Positions 34,875 through 45,590 of a stretch of 64,000 nt of DNA are shown here, one piece after another. The stretch covers positions 331,978 to 395,977 of the forward strand of contig CAYOXC010000001.1 of assembly GCA_964407865.1 (NCBI GenBank). The letters run 5' to 3'. The stretch's first letter is position 1. Each line of letters begins with the position of its first letter. The notes beneath the pieces were generated by a model. That model did not search any database and was not told the DNA's origin. It saw nothing but the letters and a program-made list of their open reading frames with translations. A program made the translations under genes and the position numbers. Source of the stretch: an uncultured Gammaproteobacteria bacterium (GTDB lineage Bacteria > Patescibacteriota > Patescibacteriia > Magasanikbacterales > GWA2-37-8).

Positions 34875-36941
34875 TTATTTTTCCGGCTGAGCCGCTTCTT
34901 TTTTGTATCCCAAAAACATCCAGTTAGCTTCATCCTTTTTAAACCAGCTAAAAATTAAACGCATCAAATTTCTCGTTATAACAATTGCTGTAAACATACT
35001 GACCAAGATACCTAAAAATAACGTTACGGCAAAACCTTCTACAAACCCTGCGCCCATCCAAATCAAAAAGATACAGGATATCAAAGTGGTAATATTAGAA
35101 TCTCTGATAGAACTCCAAGCTCGCATAAAAGCTTCTTCTACGGCAGAGCGAAGATTTTTACCAAAACGTAATTCTTCTTTTAAACGTTCAAAAACCAATA
35201 TGTTCGCATCCACCGCCATACCTATAGAAAGTATAAAACCAGCGATACCAGATAGCGTTAATGTTACTCCAATCAACTTGAAAATTGCCAGGGTTATTGC
35301 GGCGTAAGAAAAAAGAGCTAAGACAGAAATCAGACCAGGTAAACGATAATAGAGAATCATCATGATAATAACAAAAAGTAATCCCCAAAGCCCGGCGTTA
35401 AAACTGGCTTTTAAAGATTCCGCGCCTAAGGTGGCATCAACTTTTTGCTGTCCTATGAGTTCAATTGCCACTGGCAAAGCACCTGAGTTCAAGCGTTGTG
35501 CTAAAAGCCTCGCCTCTTCCCACTGGAAATCTCCGGAAATAACCGCACTACCATCTAAAATAGGCTCGTTAACTCTTGGCACACTTATTGGCTCACCATC
35601 TAAAAAGATTGCGACTGGCTTTCCAACATTGCGTTCGGTAATTTCTCCGAAAAGTTTTGCTCCCTCGTCATTAAAAGTGAGACTAACCTGAACTTGGCCG
35701 CTACGCTGATCTTGAAGAACCTCGGCTTTTTTAAGTTGTTTGCCGGTTAATCCTGTAAACTTCCACTGATCGGTCGGCGGTAAAATATCAGCGGGTTTTT
35801 TTGTCTCAACAAAAATTCTTGCCACCTGATACTCCTTTGGAGTTTCTTCGTTTCTTTTATAAATCAAATGCCAACCATAATCAGTTTCGATCGGACCGAC
35901 TATCTCACCAACAGAAGCATCAAAAGCGGCTTTTTCAAAAGCCTCAACCATTTGCCCTCTCTTGAACGTGCCGAGATCTCCTCCGCTATCGCTAGCACCA
36001 GGTTCAGTTGAATGTTGCTTGACTAGATCTGTAAAATTATCGATATTAGCTTCATTTCTCAATGACTCGATCTTTGCTTTTGCGTCTTCCCGGCTCAAAC
36101 TTGAACCACAAAGCTCTGCGCCTTTATAACAAATTAAAAGATGCGAAGCAGTGACACGTTTCTCGCCATCTCTTTCGTTTATTTTCTTCAAAAGATTGAG
36201 TCCATTTGCTGTTTGAATAATTTCTTTAGTTGAAATAGCGCCAATTTTATTATTTTTTGCCCAATCATAAATTTCCGGATAAATCAATTCATCAATATAA
36301 CCTAAACTGCCGGCGTCTTTTTTGCTAGCCTCATCTTCTGAATACTTATTTACCAATAAAATAAAATCTGCGCCTTTAGCAAGTTCTTTTTGGACATTTT
36401 TAATTTTTGTTTCTGCGTTGGTATTAAAAATATCCATCTGTTGTTTTTCCTCAGTAGTTAGCTCTCGTGCCGGCTCTGTATTTTCTTCTTTAAACTCTAA
36501 AACTGGCGTTTCACCGATCATTTTTATTGCATCCTTAACATTGGCCACACCTGGTAATTCCACAATCACCCGGTGTTCTTCTCCAACTCTAGTTGTTTGT
36601 ACTAATGGTTCTGCCACACCCAAGCCCCCTCTAACTCTTCGTTCAATCACATCGCGCACACCCTCAACAGCATCAGCTCGCTCCATCGGCGGAATATTGT
36701 CGGTCTTAGCTGTATATTCAAGATGTGCTCCACCCTGCAAATCAAGGCCTAAATTAAAGCCTTTTTCAGGGAATTTTGGTATTCCAAGGTTTGTTTTAGC
36801 GTTTATCTGATTGATTACACTATTAACAGATGTTGGGGTAGCGATAGCTACTGCCACCAATACCAAAACCACAATGCCAGTAACACGCCATTTAACTTCT
36901 GACTTAGTTGCGATTTTCACAACATTTCTCGTTTTAGCCAT
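34875..36941 (-). CDS. secD: protein translocase subunit SecD with a tandem parvulin (PpiC-type PPIase) insertion in the periplasmic domain
   Basis: SecD TM core at the C-terminus; periplasmic region contains ASHLLICY...SGGDLGTFKRGQMVEAFEKAAF...GWHLIYK (parvulin signature) plus a second partial parvulin-like segment. Confidence 0.8.
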   Translation of the reverse strand: MAKTRNVVKIATKSEVKWRVTGIVVLVLVAVAIATPTSVNSVINQINAKTNLGIPKFPEKGFNLGLDLQGGAHLEYTAKTDNIPPMERADAVEGVRDVIERRVRGGLGVAEPLVQTTRVGEEHRVIVELPGVANVKDAIKMIGETPVLEFKEENTEPARELTTEEKQQMDIFNTNAETKIKNVQKELAKGADFILLVNKYSEDEASKKDAGSLGYIDELIYPEIYDWAKNNKIGAISTKEIIQTANGLNLLKKINERDGEKRVTASHLLICYKGAELCGSSLSREDAKAKIESLRNEANIDNFTDLVKQHSTEPGASDSGGDLGTFKRGQMVEAFEKAAFDASVGEIVGPIETDYGWHLIYKRNEETPKEYQVARIFVETKKPADILPPTDQWKFTGLTGKQLKKAEVLQDQRSGQVQVSLTFNDEGAKLFGEITERNVGKPVAIFLDGEPISVPRVNEPILDGSAVISGDFQWEEARLLAQRLNSGALPVAIELIGQQKVDATLGAESLKASFNAGLWGLLFVIIMMILYYRLPGLISVLALFSYAAITLAIFKLIGVTLTLSGIAGFILSIGMAVDANILVFERLKEELRFGKNLRSAVEEAFMRAWSSIRDSNITTLISCIFLIWMGAGFVEGFAVTLFLGILVSMFTAIVITRNLMRLIFSWFKKDEANWMFLGYKKEAAQPEK

Positions 36942-37027
36942 AATTTGATAATTTTATTGAAGTTTTTTGTGGAAAAATAGTACTAAATATAAAGAAAAAT
37001 TGCAAGTGGACAAGAAAATACTACACA

Positions 37028-37234
37028 TTATCTTCCCCAATTAATTTTATTCCAAATACGTTCATGAATATAATAAAATACTGTACTAGAAATACTAGAG
37101 ATAACGATTACTCCGAGCGCTATATCATAGCGACGGGTTATCGCCATAATAATTATAAAATTGGCGATTATAATAAGCAACCTAAAACTAATGGCTTTTA
37201 CAATTGAACGCTTATGATGTTCGTGGTTGCTCAT
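37028..37234 (-). CDS. DUF2061 family small membrane protein
   Basis: HKRSIVKAISFR...YYIHERIW pattern. Confidence 0.5.
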   Translation of the reverse strand: MSNHEHHKRSIVKAISFRLLIIIANFIIIMAITRRYDIALGVIVISSISSTVFYYIHERIWNKINWGR

Positions 37235-37244
37235 AAATCATTTT

Positions 37245-40019
37245 TTAGGCCCCATGACACTTTTTATATTTCTTTCCCGATCCGCAGGGGCATAAGTCAT
37301 TACGCCCTACTTCTTTACCGCTTGCGTCGCGCGGTTTACCACCAGCCACAACTTCGCCCGAATTTTTAGCAGCTCCCTTAAAAATAAGATTACTTTTTTG
37401 CACCAAACTCGGTGCCATCTGAATGCCAACTCCAATTTTATAAATAGAATACACCACCTCTTTTTGGATCAGACTTAAAAGTTCATTAAACATGTGATAA
37501 GTCTCTTTTTTGTATTCAACTAAAGGATCACGCTGTCCATAACCGCGCAGTCCTATGCCAGTGCGCAGATAATCTATTGCCACGAGGTGATCAATCCACA
37601 AACTATCAATGGCGCGTAAAAGCATTTGCTTCTCTACCTCAACAAGAAGAGCGGTATCTTCACCCGCTGCCTTAACAAGCATTTTGTCATACTTAAACTT
37701 GGCCAATTCAGTTAAATATTCAATAATTTTTGTCCGCACTTCAACTGCACCGATCTTATCCTTAGCCATTGCCCCAAGCTTTGCTAATTCGCTTTTCTCA
37801 CCTTCTTCTAACGGAAAAATAGTCTGCGTAGTCTCAGAAATTTCTTTTAAATTCCAGTCCACAATTTCTTCCGCATTTGTATGGAAAGACACAACCGCCT
37901 CGATTTCATTTTCCACCATTTCCATAATCATCTGGCGCAAGGTCTGTTTATCTTCTGTATCATTATTTTCTAAGGGCAGCCCTTTTAATTCAGCCGCTTC
38001 TTTCTCAAACTGACTAAGAATACTCTTTCTTTTTCCATAAATTACTTCACGATGCTTGTTCAAAACATCATCATAATCCAACAAATGTTTTCTGACATCA
38101 AAATGAAAACCTTCAACTTTGCGCTGAGCTGATTCAATAATTTTAGTGATCGAACGCTGCTCTATCGGCATGTCATCAGGCACTCTAAGCGTCTGCATGA
38201 CTGCTTTAATTCTATCACCGGCAAAAATACGCATCAAATCATCTTCAGTTGAAAGAAAGAATTGTGATTCACCGGGGTCACCCTGACGACCAGCGCGACC
38301 GCGAAGCTGGTTATCTATACGCCTTGATTCGTGTCGTTCAGATCCAATAACAAACAGGCCTCCATTTTCACGCGTCTTATCGGCTAAAGAAACATCGGGT
38401 GGATTACCACCTAAAATAATATCAACACCACGACCAGCCATGTTAGTGGCCAAAGTAACTGCTCCCGGTCGTCCTGCTTGAGCAACGATTTCACCTTCAC
38501 GCTCATGATTTTTTGCATTAAGTATTTCATGTCTTACTCCATCACGCTCCAGATACATGCTTAACTGTTCATTTTTTTCAACTGAAATTGTACCAATAAG
38601 AACTGGCTGGCCTTTTTCCTGAAGTTCTTTCACTTTCTTGGCAATGGCTTGGTATTTAGCCTCTTCTGTGCGATAAATACGATCAGGGTGGTCGTTGCGA
38701 CTCGAAGATTTGTTGGTCGGCACAACAACTACTTCTAAACTGTAAATTTTACCGAACTCTTCGGCCTCTGTAACAGCTGTACCGGTCATACCAGAAAGTT
38801 TTTCGTACATGCGAAAATAATTCTGAAAAGTAATCGTAGCCATAGTCCGACTTTCGCGCTGTATATTCACATGTTCTTTAGCTTCAATCGCCTGGTGCAA
38901 GCCTTCACTGTAACGACGTCCTGGCATTTTACGTCCGGTGAATTCATCAACAATGACAACTTCCCCGCCCTCAACTACATAATCGCGGTCAAGCTTAAAT
39001 AAAGTTCTTGCCCTAAGCGCTTGTTCAACATGATGAACCGTGGACACACCACCCTCAGCATAAATATTTTTAACCCCCAACCATTTTTCCATTTTCTGAA
39101 TACCGGCTTCGGTCAAAGTGGCGGAACGCATTTTTTCATCTATGTTGTAATCAGTATTTTCTTCCAAGCGAGCAACGAGTTCAGCAAACTGATAATACAT
39201 GTCAGCTGCCTCTTCGGCTGGAGCAGAAATAATTAAAGGAGTACGTGCTTCATCGATTAAAATTGAGTCAACTTCATCAACAATGGCATAGTTAAGCGGT
39301 CGCTGAACCATGTCCTGAAACGACTGAACCATGTTATCACGCAAATAATCAAAGCCATATTCATTATTGGTGCCATAAGTAATGTCGCAAGCATAAGCGT
39401 CTTTTCTCTGGCATGGTTCTAAATAATCATATTCAATTCTATACATTCCTTTACTGTCGCGCTCTTTGTCAATTACACTTCCCTCTTTTAAATCCTCATC
39501 TGGTACGGCAGCACGAGCATTGGCGTTATATTTATATGAAACACCAAGCTGCTGAATTACTCCGATGCTTAAACCCAAAGCATCATAAATTTGCCCCATC
39601 CAAACCGCGTCGCGTTTTGCCAAATAATCATTTACCGTAATTAAATGAACGCCCTTTCCAGATAGAGCGTTTAAATATATTGGCAATGTTGCCACAAGAG
39701 TTTTTCCTTCACCCGTTCTCATTTCTGAAATCTGACCGCGATGTAAAACTACTCCACCGATTAACTGCACATCAAAATGACGCATTCCAGTCAAACGCTT
39801 TGATGCTTCGCGCACAACAGCAAATGCCTCTGGCAAAAGATCATCGAGTGTTTCGCCATTCGCAAGACGACTCTTGAATTCTTCGGTTTTACTTTTTAAT
39901 TCAGAAGAATTGAGCTTACTAATATTCGGTTCAAAAGCATTGATTTTTTCCACTACTAACCGAATTTCCTTAATCACTTTCTCGTTCGGATCGCCAAAAA
40001 TTTTTGTTAAAATAGACAT
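37245..40019 (-). CDS. secA: preprotein translocase ATPase SecA
   Basis: DEAD-like motor motifs and C-terminal zinc finger CPCGSGKKYKKCHG. Confidence 0.95.
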   Translation of the reverse strand: MSILTKIFGDPNEKVIKEIRLVVEKINAFEPNISKLNSSELKSKTEEFKSRLANGETLDDLLPEAFAVVREASKRLTGMRHFDVQLIGGVVLHRGQISEMRTGEGKTLVATLPIYLNALSGKGVHLITVNDYLAKRDAVWMGQIYDALGLSIGVIQQLGVSYKYNANARAAVPDEDLKEGSVIDKERDSKGMYRIEYDYLEPCQRKDAYACDITYGTNNEYGFDYLRDNMVQSFQDMVQRPLNYAIVDEVDSILIDEARTPLIISAPAEEAADMYYQFAELVARLEENTDYNIDEKMRSATLTEAGIQKMEKWLGVKNIYAEGGVSTVHHVEQALRARTLFKLDRDYVVEGGEVVIVDEFTGRKMPGRRYSEGLHQAIEAKEHVNIQRESRTMATITFQNYFRMYEKLSGMTGTAVTEAEEFGKIYSLEVVVVPTNKSSSRNDHPDRIYRTEEAKYQAIAKKVKELQEKGQPVLIGTISVEKNEQLSMYLERDGVRHEILNAKNHEREGEIVAQAGRPGAVTLATNMAGRGVDIILGGNPPDVSLADKTRENGGLFVIGSERHESRRIDNQLRGRAGRQGDPGESQFFLSTEDDLMRIFAGDRIKAVMQTLRVPDDMPIEQRSITKIIESAQRKVEGFHFDVRKHLLDYDDVLNKHREVIYGKRKSILSQFEKEAAELKGLPLENNDTEDKQTLRQMIMEMVENEIEAVVSFHTNAEEIVDWNLKEISETTQTIFPLEEGEKSELAKLGAMAKDKIGAVEVRTKIIEYLTELAKFKYDKMLVKAAGEDTALLVEVEKQMLLRAIDSLWIDHLVAIDYLRTGIGLRGYGQRDPLVEYKKETYHMFNELLSLIQKEVVYSIYKIGVGIQMAPSLVQKSNLIFKGAAKNSGEVVAGGKPRDASGKEVGRNDLCPCGSGKKYKKCHGA

Positions 40020-40109
40020 GTAAATATAAAAACAGAGCTAAATTTAGCTCCATTATTCTACCATTTAACGCCTAATTTGGCAAGATTAAAAGAAATTCAA
40101 AATTTTAGC

Positions 40110-41063
40110 TTAAATTAGCCACAAACACGATAAAAATCCTATCAAAGCTAGAGATCTGGCTATAACATGGCGATGTTGTATTTTAAATTCAACTAAAATA
40201 TTTAAAAGTAGTGCTAGTGAAAATAAAATTATCAATGAAAAATAAAGCATTTTTGAAAAACCAAAAATAGGCATTGTGTCTGACAACATATGATTAGCGG
40301 CTCTATACTTGTAGAGTAAAGAAAATTCATTACCATGAAGACCGCTCGCAGTTGAATTTTTTACCGGCGGTAATTCAATTTCCTTGGTAGCTGCAAGACG
40401 AGCTTCTATAAAAGATTCCTGATTTAAATCAGTTTTTAGACCAGCAACACTGCTCATTTCAAGTGGTCGGCCAAAATGTTGAGTGGCAAAAACATTAGGG
40501 AGTCCAAGATATTGGCCGTTTGCAATACCAACGCCAATTTCTAAATAATCACGATCCAACATGTTCTCTCTGTGCGACGGGCTATCTTTCCAAGCTTTGA
40601 CAACCGATAAAGCATCAAAATATCCGATCGCTAAATTTTCACCAGCGTAAACATATTTATAACTAACATCCCGCAAAAAATTTTCTAATCGTAAACCTTC
40701 AGGATTAACATGTGCAAAATATTCCTTATCAGCCATATCTTTGGCCTTTGCTATGGCTGAAGCACTCAATTTTGGATTCTCCATAAGTTTGCCGGCATTT
40801 TCACTTGCTCTAAACTCATTGGTCAGCATGATTATTTTTGATTGCTCCACTGCTAAAATATCTGGCATGAGAAAGGCTTGGGCCGGCAAAAACAAAACAA
40901 ATATTAAAAGGATTGATTTTATTACAATGCCAAGCGCAGCATAAAACCAACATCTTTTTACATGTAAAAAGTGTGGTTGATATTTATTGCCGGAATGGGG
41001 AATAAAATATTTTTTAAACTGTTTTTTCATTAAAAAATTCAAACCCCGCTTTGGGCGGGGCAC
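40110..41063 (-). CDS. CAP (SCP/PR1-like) domain membrane protein
   Basis: HVNPEG...GENLAIG...KAWKDSPSHRENML CAP motifs; N- and C-terminal TM segments. Confidence 0.7.
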   Translation of the reverse strand: MPRPKRGLNFLMKKQFKKYFIPHSGNKYQPHFLHVKRCWFYAALGIVIKSILLIFVLFLPAQAFLMPDILAVEQSKIIMLTNEFRASENAGKLMENPKLSASAIAKAKDMADKEYFAHVNPEGLRLENFLRDVSYKYVYAGENLAIGYFDALSVVKAWKDSPSHRENMLDRDYLEIGVGIANGQYLGLPNVFATQHFGRPLEMSSVAGLKTDLNQESFIEARLAATKEIELPPVKNSTASGLHGNEFSLLYKYRAANHMLSDTMPIFGFSKMLYFSLIILFSLALLLNILVEFKIQHRHVIARSLALIGFLSCLWLI

Positions 41064-41072
41064 GTGATTAAA

Positions 41073-43124
41073 TTAAGGTTTTAACTTTACCATCACTCTT
41101 ACATCAACAATATCGACACCCTCTTCATGAACCATTACCGGATTTAGGTCGATTTCTGTTATTTTTCTTTCTTTATCAGCCAAGCGCGAGAGTGAAGAAA
41201 TGATTTTAGCTAAAGCGTTAATGTCAACTGATTTTTCACCGCGCGCCCCTTTCAGCACTGCTGCACTTTTTATCTCATTTATCATCTCCGCCGCTTTTTT
41301 ATCATCAACCGGACAAAGACGCATGGAAACATCTTTTATGATTTCGGTGAATATTCCACCTAAACCAAAAACTACTACTGGCCCGAAAGAAGGATCGCGT
41401 TTAATGCCAACTATTACTTCCTTACCTTTGACCATTGGTTGGATAACAAAACCATCAATTTGCGCCTTAGGTTTTTTAGCTAAAAAATTCTTAGTTATTT
41501 CATCCCAAGCTAATTTAGCCTCATCAATATTAGCAATATTTATTTTAACCCCGCCAACCTCAGTTTTGTGAATCGCTTCAGGAGACATTAATTTCATCGC
41601 CCAAGGAAAAGCAATCTTTTCAGCATAACGCTCCAACTTGCCTCTTGAGTCAACAAAATTTCCAACTAATTTTATTCCGTATTTTGCAAATAAAACTTTT
41701 GCCTCATTAAACCACATTATTCTTTCTTTTTCTTTGGCCTGGTCTAATTGAGCTTGATCACTAGACTTAGATGCTTCTATTTTATTTTTCTCTGGAGCTA
41801 AAGACGAAAAGGCGCTGATCATTTGAGCGGGATCAGAAAAATTCACTAATCCATTTATCATAAATAATTTTTCAGCCTGTGCAATAGCGGTACCGCCAAT
41901 AAAAAGCGGTATAATAATCTTCTTATCTTTATTTTTTATTACTGTTCTAGCAATTTTTAAAACAGGAGTAACACGCTGCGGTGTTAACAGTACAATGATG
42001 CCGAAATTATCTTTCAAGGATGTGAGTACTTTTAAAGCAGCCCGGTATCTGTCATCAAGTGCGTCCCCGACAATATCAATTGGATTACCAAGTGCAGCTG
42101 TTGGCGGCAGAACTTTTTGAAGCGCTAACTTTGCCGGCTGACTTATGCTGGCAAGCGATAAATTCCGACTACTCTCTAAAATGTCTGCAGTTACAATAGA
42201 AGGACCGCCGCCATTAGTTAAAATTACCCATTTATTTGGTAATTTTTTGATACCCACATCAAACAAACGGACTAAATCAAAAATTTGACCGAGTGATTCA
42301 ACTAAAATTACCCCAGCTTCACGACAAGCAGTTTTAAATATCTCATAAGAAGGAGCGAGTGATCCTGTGTGAGACGAAACCGCTTTAGCTCCACGCTCGC
42401 TTCTGCCAGCCTTTAATACAACTATTGGCTTGTGGATAGATATGCGACGGCATATCTTAACAAATTCCTTGCCATCGCTCAATCCTTCCAAATATAAAAT
42501 TATTGCTGTTGTATCCTTGTCTGCGCCTAAATAATTTATAAAATCATTTTCTTGCAAACCAGCGGCATTGCCCAAAGAAATAAATTTTGAAAATCCTATC
42601 CCTTTGCTTTCAGCCCAATCAAGCATGGCTGTACCCAACGCCCCAGATTGCGAAATAAAAGCAACGCCACCTTTTTTCGGCAGGTCGTTGCCAAAGGTAG
42701 CGTTCAAAACAGAACCTGTATCCATAATACCCAAACAATTCGGACCAACTAGATTTATTTTGTATTTTTTTGCTAAAGCAACCAATTCTTTTTCCCTTTT
42801 TTCACCAACTGACCCTATTTCTTTATAACCAGCCGTTATAATAATGACATGCGAAATCTTTTTTTCACCGCACTCTTTCAGTACAATCGGTACAATTTCT
42901 GGCTTAACTGCAATCAGAGCCAAGTCGATTTTTCCGGCAATTTTTTTAACAGAGGCATAACAACGTTTACCCAAAACCTTTTTAAAAGCTGGGTTAACTG
43001 GATAAACTCGCCTCTTTTTTCCTTGTGCTAAATTGGTATAAAGCGCATAACCCAATTTTTTAGGGTCTCCGGCGGCACCGATTACGGCGATTGCTTTTGG
43101 ATTAAATAATGTTTTTAGAGTCAT
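41073..43124 (-). CDS. acd: acetyl-CoA synthetase (ADP-forming), fused alpha-beta subunits
   Basis: N-terminal CoA-binding KAIAVIGAAGDP..., succinyl-CoA-synthetase-like domains, C-terminal ATP-grasp. Confidence 0.8.
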   Translation of the reverse strand: MTLKTLFNPKAIAVIGAAGDPKKLGYALYTNLAQGKKRRVYPVNPAFKKVLGKRCYASVKKIAGKIDLALIAVKPEIVPIVLKECGEKKISHVIIITAGYKEIGSVGEKREKELVALAKKYKINLVGPNCLGIMDTGSVLNATFGNDLPKKGGVAFISQSGALGTAMLDWAESKGIGFSKFISLGNAAGLQENDFINYLGADKDTTAIILYLEGLSDGKEFVKICRRISIHKPIVVLKAGRSERGAKAVSSHTGSLAPSYEIFKTACREAGVILVESLGQIFDLVRLFDVGIKKLPNKWVILTNGGGPSIVTADILESSRNLSLASISQPAKLALQKVLPPTAALGNPIDIVGDALDDRYRAALKVLTSLKDNFGIIVLLTPQRVTPVLKIARTVIKNKDKKIIIPLFIGGTAIAQAEKLFMINGLVNFSDPAQMISAFSSLAPEKNKIEASKSSDQAQLDQAKEKERIMWFNEAKVLFAKYGIKLVGNFVDSRGKLERYAEKIAFPWAMKLMSPEAIHKTEVGGVKINIANIDEAKLAWDEITKNFLAKKPKAQIDGFVIQPMVKGKEVIVGIKRDPSFGPVVVFGLGGIFTEIIKDVSMRLCPVDDKKAAEMINEIKSAAVLKGARGEKSVDINALAKIISSLSRLADKERKITEIDLNPVMVHEEGVDIVDVRVMVKLKP

Positions 43125-43900
43125 AGTTGATCTTCAAATATCGGTTTTTCTTCATTGTAAAAAATCCCAACAGGCACTTTGTCGATATTTTCTTTAATTT
43201 TATCCATAGCTTTAATAAAATTTGTTGTTGGCCACGAAGCATCAAGCTCGTATACTTTTTCCCGAAAATGTTCACGCGTGTCAGCAAACGAAATACATGG
43301 TTGAATAATGTCTACAATTGAAAAGCCTCTATGCATAATCGCTTTTTTCATGATATCTTGTAATCCTTTTGGTTCTAAACTGGAAGCCCGAGCTACAAAA
43401 CTAGCGCCTGCGGCAAGTAAAACCGCCAGAGGGCTTATTGGTTCTTCAATTGAACCAAATGGCGTAGAATGACCGCGATAACCTTTAGGAGAAGTCGGAG
43501 TAACCTGGCCGGTTGTTAAACCAAAAACTTGATTGTTGTGAACAAAAAGAGTGATGTTTGAATTGCGCTTTGCTGCATGTATCAAATGACCCATACCTTC
43601 AGCGTAAGCATCGCCGTCACCGGCAATGGCTATAACTGTCAAATCAGGATTTGCTATTTTTATCCCTTCAGCTGCAGCCACATCTCGTCCATGCAAAGAC
43701 ATTAAGCTAGAAATGTTTATGAAATCCGGCAACTTGCCATGGCAGCCTATGCCTGCGGTCAAAGCAAACTTATCCTTGTCATAACCGTTAGACACTAAAT
43801 CGGCGACGACTGATTTTAACGCTGCTAAAATAATAAAATTTGTACAACCAGGACACCAGGTGTTTACCGCTTGGGTTGATAAATCATTCATAAAGTTCAA
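43121..43900 (-). CDS. porB: 2-oxoacid:ferredoxin oxidoreductase beta subunit (TPP-binding)
   Basis: GDGDAYAEG, FVHNNQVFGLTTGQ TPP motifs. Confidence 0.8.
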   Translation of the reverse strand: MNFMNDLSTQAVNTWCPGCTNFIILAALKSVVADLVSNGYDKDKFALTAGIGCHGKLPDFINISSLMSLHGRDVAAAEGIKIANPDLTVIAIAGDGDAYAEGMGHLIHAAKRNSNITLFVHNNQVFGLTTGQVTPTSPKGYRGHSTPFGSIEEPISPLAVLLAAGASFVARASSLEPKGLQDIMKKAIMHRGFSIVDIIQPCISFADTREHFREKVYELDASWPTTNFIKAMDKIKENIDKVPVGIFYNEEKPIFEDQL

Positions 43901-43901
43901 T

Positions 43902-45587
43902 CTAAAATAGTTTATTTAATTTTACCGCAAGTTCTTCTGGCATAAAAGGCATGGAGTTATACTGACGTAAATTGTTTTTTATCTCTAAGCCTGTTTTTTC
44001 ACGAATCAATTTTGCCAATTGGCCGGTATAATTATTTTCAAGGCAAATAACTTTTTTCATACCTTTAGTTTCCTTGATAAATTTATCGGCAGGAAAAGGC
44101 TCCATCCAAAGTATCTGGACTGCTTTTATTGGCTTGGTGGTTAATTTAAGAGCCTCAAGCACGGCGCCTTTGGTTGATCCAAAAAAAACTAAAACGTTTT
44201 TTGCTTTTTTATCTCCCCAAATTTTTATAGCTTCATGACGTTTCATTTCTTTCAAAATACCCTTGGTTTTCGCAAATCTTTTCTCACACATCTTTTGCGT
44301 ATTCTTGGGCTCATCAGCAATCCAACCGTTTTCATCATGCTCATAACTAGATTGCTTTACCACTGTATCTTTATCTCCCGGAAAACAAAGCGGAGATATG
44401 CCGTCAGAAACAAAAGCATAGCGTTTATAAGATGGCCCCGGTTTGCCCAATCGATGCGGCAAAGGTTTGATTTTATTTTTGGAAAAATCAACAGTCGAAA
44501 CTGATTCCGAAATCTGTTTATCAAGCAGAACTACAACCGGCACCTGATATTGCCAAGCTAAATTCATCGCATCACCACCCAAAGCATAGGATTCATCCAT
44601 ATCGCCAGGTGCAAGAACAATTCGCGGATATTCACCGGGTAAATTTCTAACAAAATCCAGGTCCCCTTGACCGGTTCTTGTCGGTACGCCTGTTGACGCT
44701 ACCGCACGCTGTGAATCAGCAACAACGATTGGCGTTTCAGTTATACCAGCCATAGCCATAGCTTCAAGCATTAAAGCAAAACCTCCACCACATGATGCTA
44801 CCGCTGTCCTTTTTCCGGTAAAAGCAGCGCCTAGCGCCATGTTTATTACCGCGATTTCATTTTCTGGCTGCACTACCTTTATTTTATAATCTTTAGATTT
44901 TTTAGCTAAATAATGTAAAATCGAAGAGGATGGCGTCATCGGGTAAGCAAAATAATTATCTAATCCAGCCGCAACCAAACCTTCTGCGAATGCTTCATTA
45001 GCATCATGTATTTTTTTACTGGCTGATTTCGCTTGAGGTATATTAATCTGTGGCCAGCTTTTTTCTCTGGCAAAATCATAACCCATTTTAGCTAAAACAA
45101 TATTTGGTTCAGCTCCTTTGCCAAAAACATTTTTAAAAACATCGTTGAGATTATTTATATCAAAACCAAAATACCATAAAACTGCACCGAGCAAGGCAGC
45201 TGATCTCATGAGTGGAGGTATATTTTTTTCCTTGGCCCATTGGCTAGCCGGCACGATAAAATAAGAGCCAGATATTTTGCCCTCTTCAGCATCAAGAAAT
45301 ATTGGAGCATCTTTTTTTAGCTCCGCTTTGTGTTTTTTTATTGTTTCTTCATTAAAAGCCACGAGAGCATCCAAGGCTACGTAATCGCTGTTTACTTTTC
45401 CAGGAGAAAAAGTAATGCGGGCAAAATTATGCCCTCCACGAATCAACGAAGGATAATCGACTGATAAGAAAAATTCATAGCCCAGCTTGGCTACTAGTCT
45501 ACCAATGTTTATAGTCGCCTCTTTAGCCCCGTCACCAGCTCGACCGCCAATCACTAATGTGAAAACCGGTAAATTATTTTTTTTCAT
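43902..45587 (-). CDS. porA: 2-oxoacid:ferredoxin oxidoreductase fused gamma-alpha subunit
   Basis: N-terminal gamma-like GGRAGDGAKEAT...IRGG followed by the alpha catalytic domain. Confidence 0.75.
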   Translation of the reverse strand: MKKNNLPVFTLVIGGRAGDGAKEATINIGRLVAKLGYEFFLSVDYPSLIRGGHNFARITFSPGKVNSDYVALDALVAFNEETIKKHKAELKKDAPIFLDAEEGKISGSYFIVPASQWAKEKNIPPLMRSAALLGAVLWYFGFDINNLNDVFKNVFGKGAEPNIVLAKMGYDFAREKSWPQINIPQAKSASKKIHDANEAFAEGLVAAGLDNYFAYPMTPSSSILHYLAKKSKDYKIKVVQPENEIAVINMALGAAFTGKRTAVASCGGGFALMLEAMAMAGITETPIVVADSQRAVASTGVPTRTGQGDLDFVRNLPGEYPRIVLAPGDMDESYALGGDAMNLAWQYQVPVVVLLDKQISESVSTVDFSKNKIKPLPHRLGKPGPSYKRYAFVSDGISPLCFPGDKDTVVKQSSYEHDENGWIADEPKNTQKMCEKRFAKTKGILKEMKRHEAIKIWGDKKAKNVLVFFGSTKGAVLEALKLTTKPIKAVQILWMEPFPADKFIKETKGMKKVICLENNYTGQLAKLIREKTGLEIKNNLRQYNSMPFMPEELAVKLNKLF

Positions 45588-45590
45588 AAA

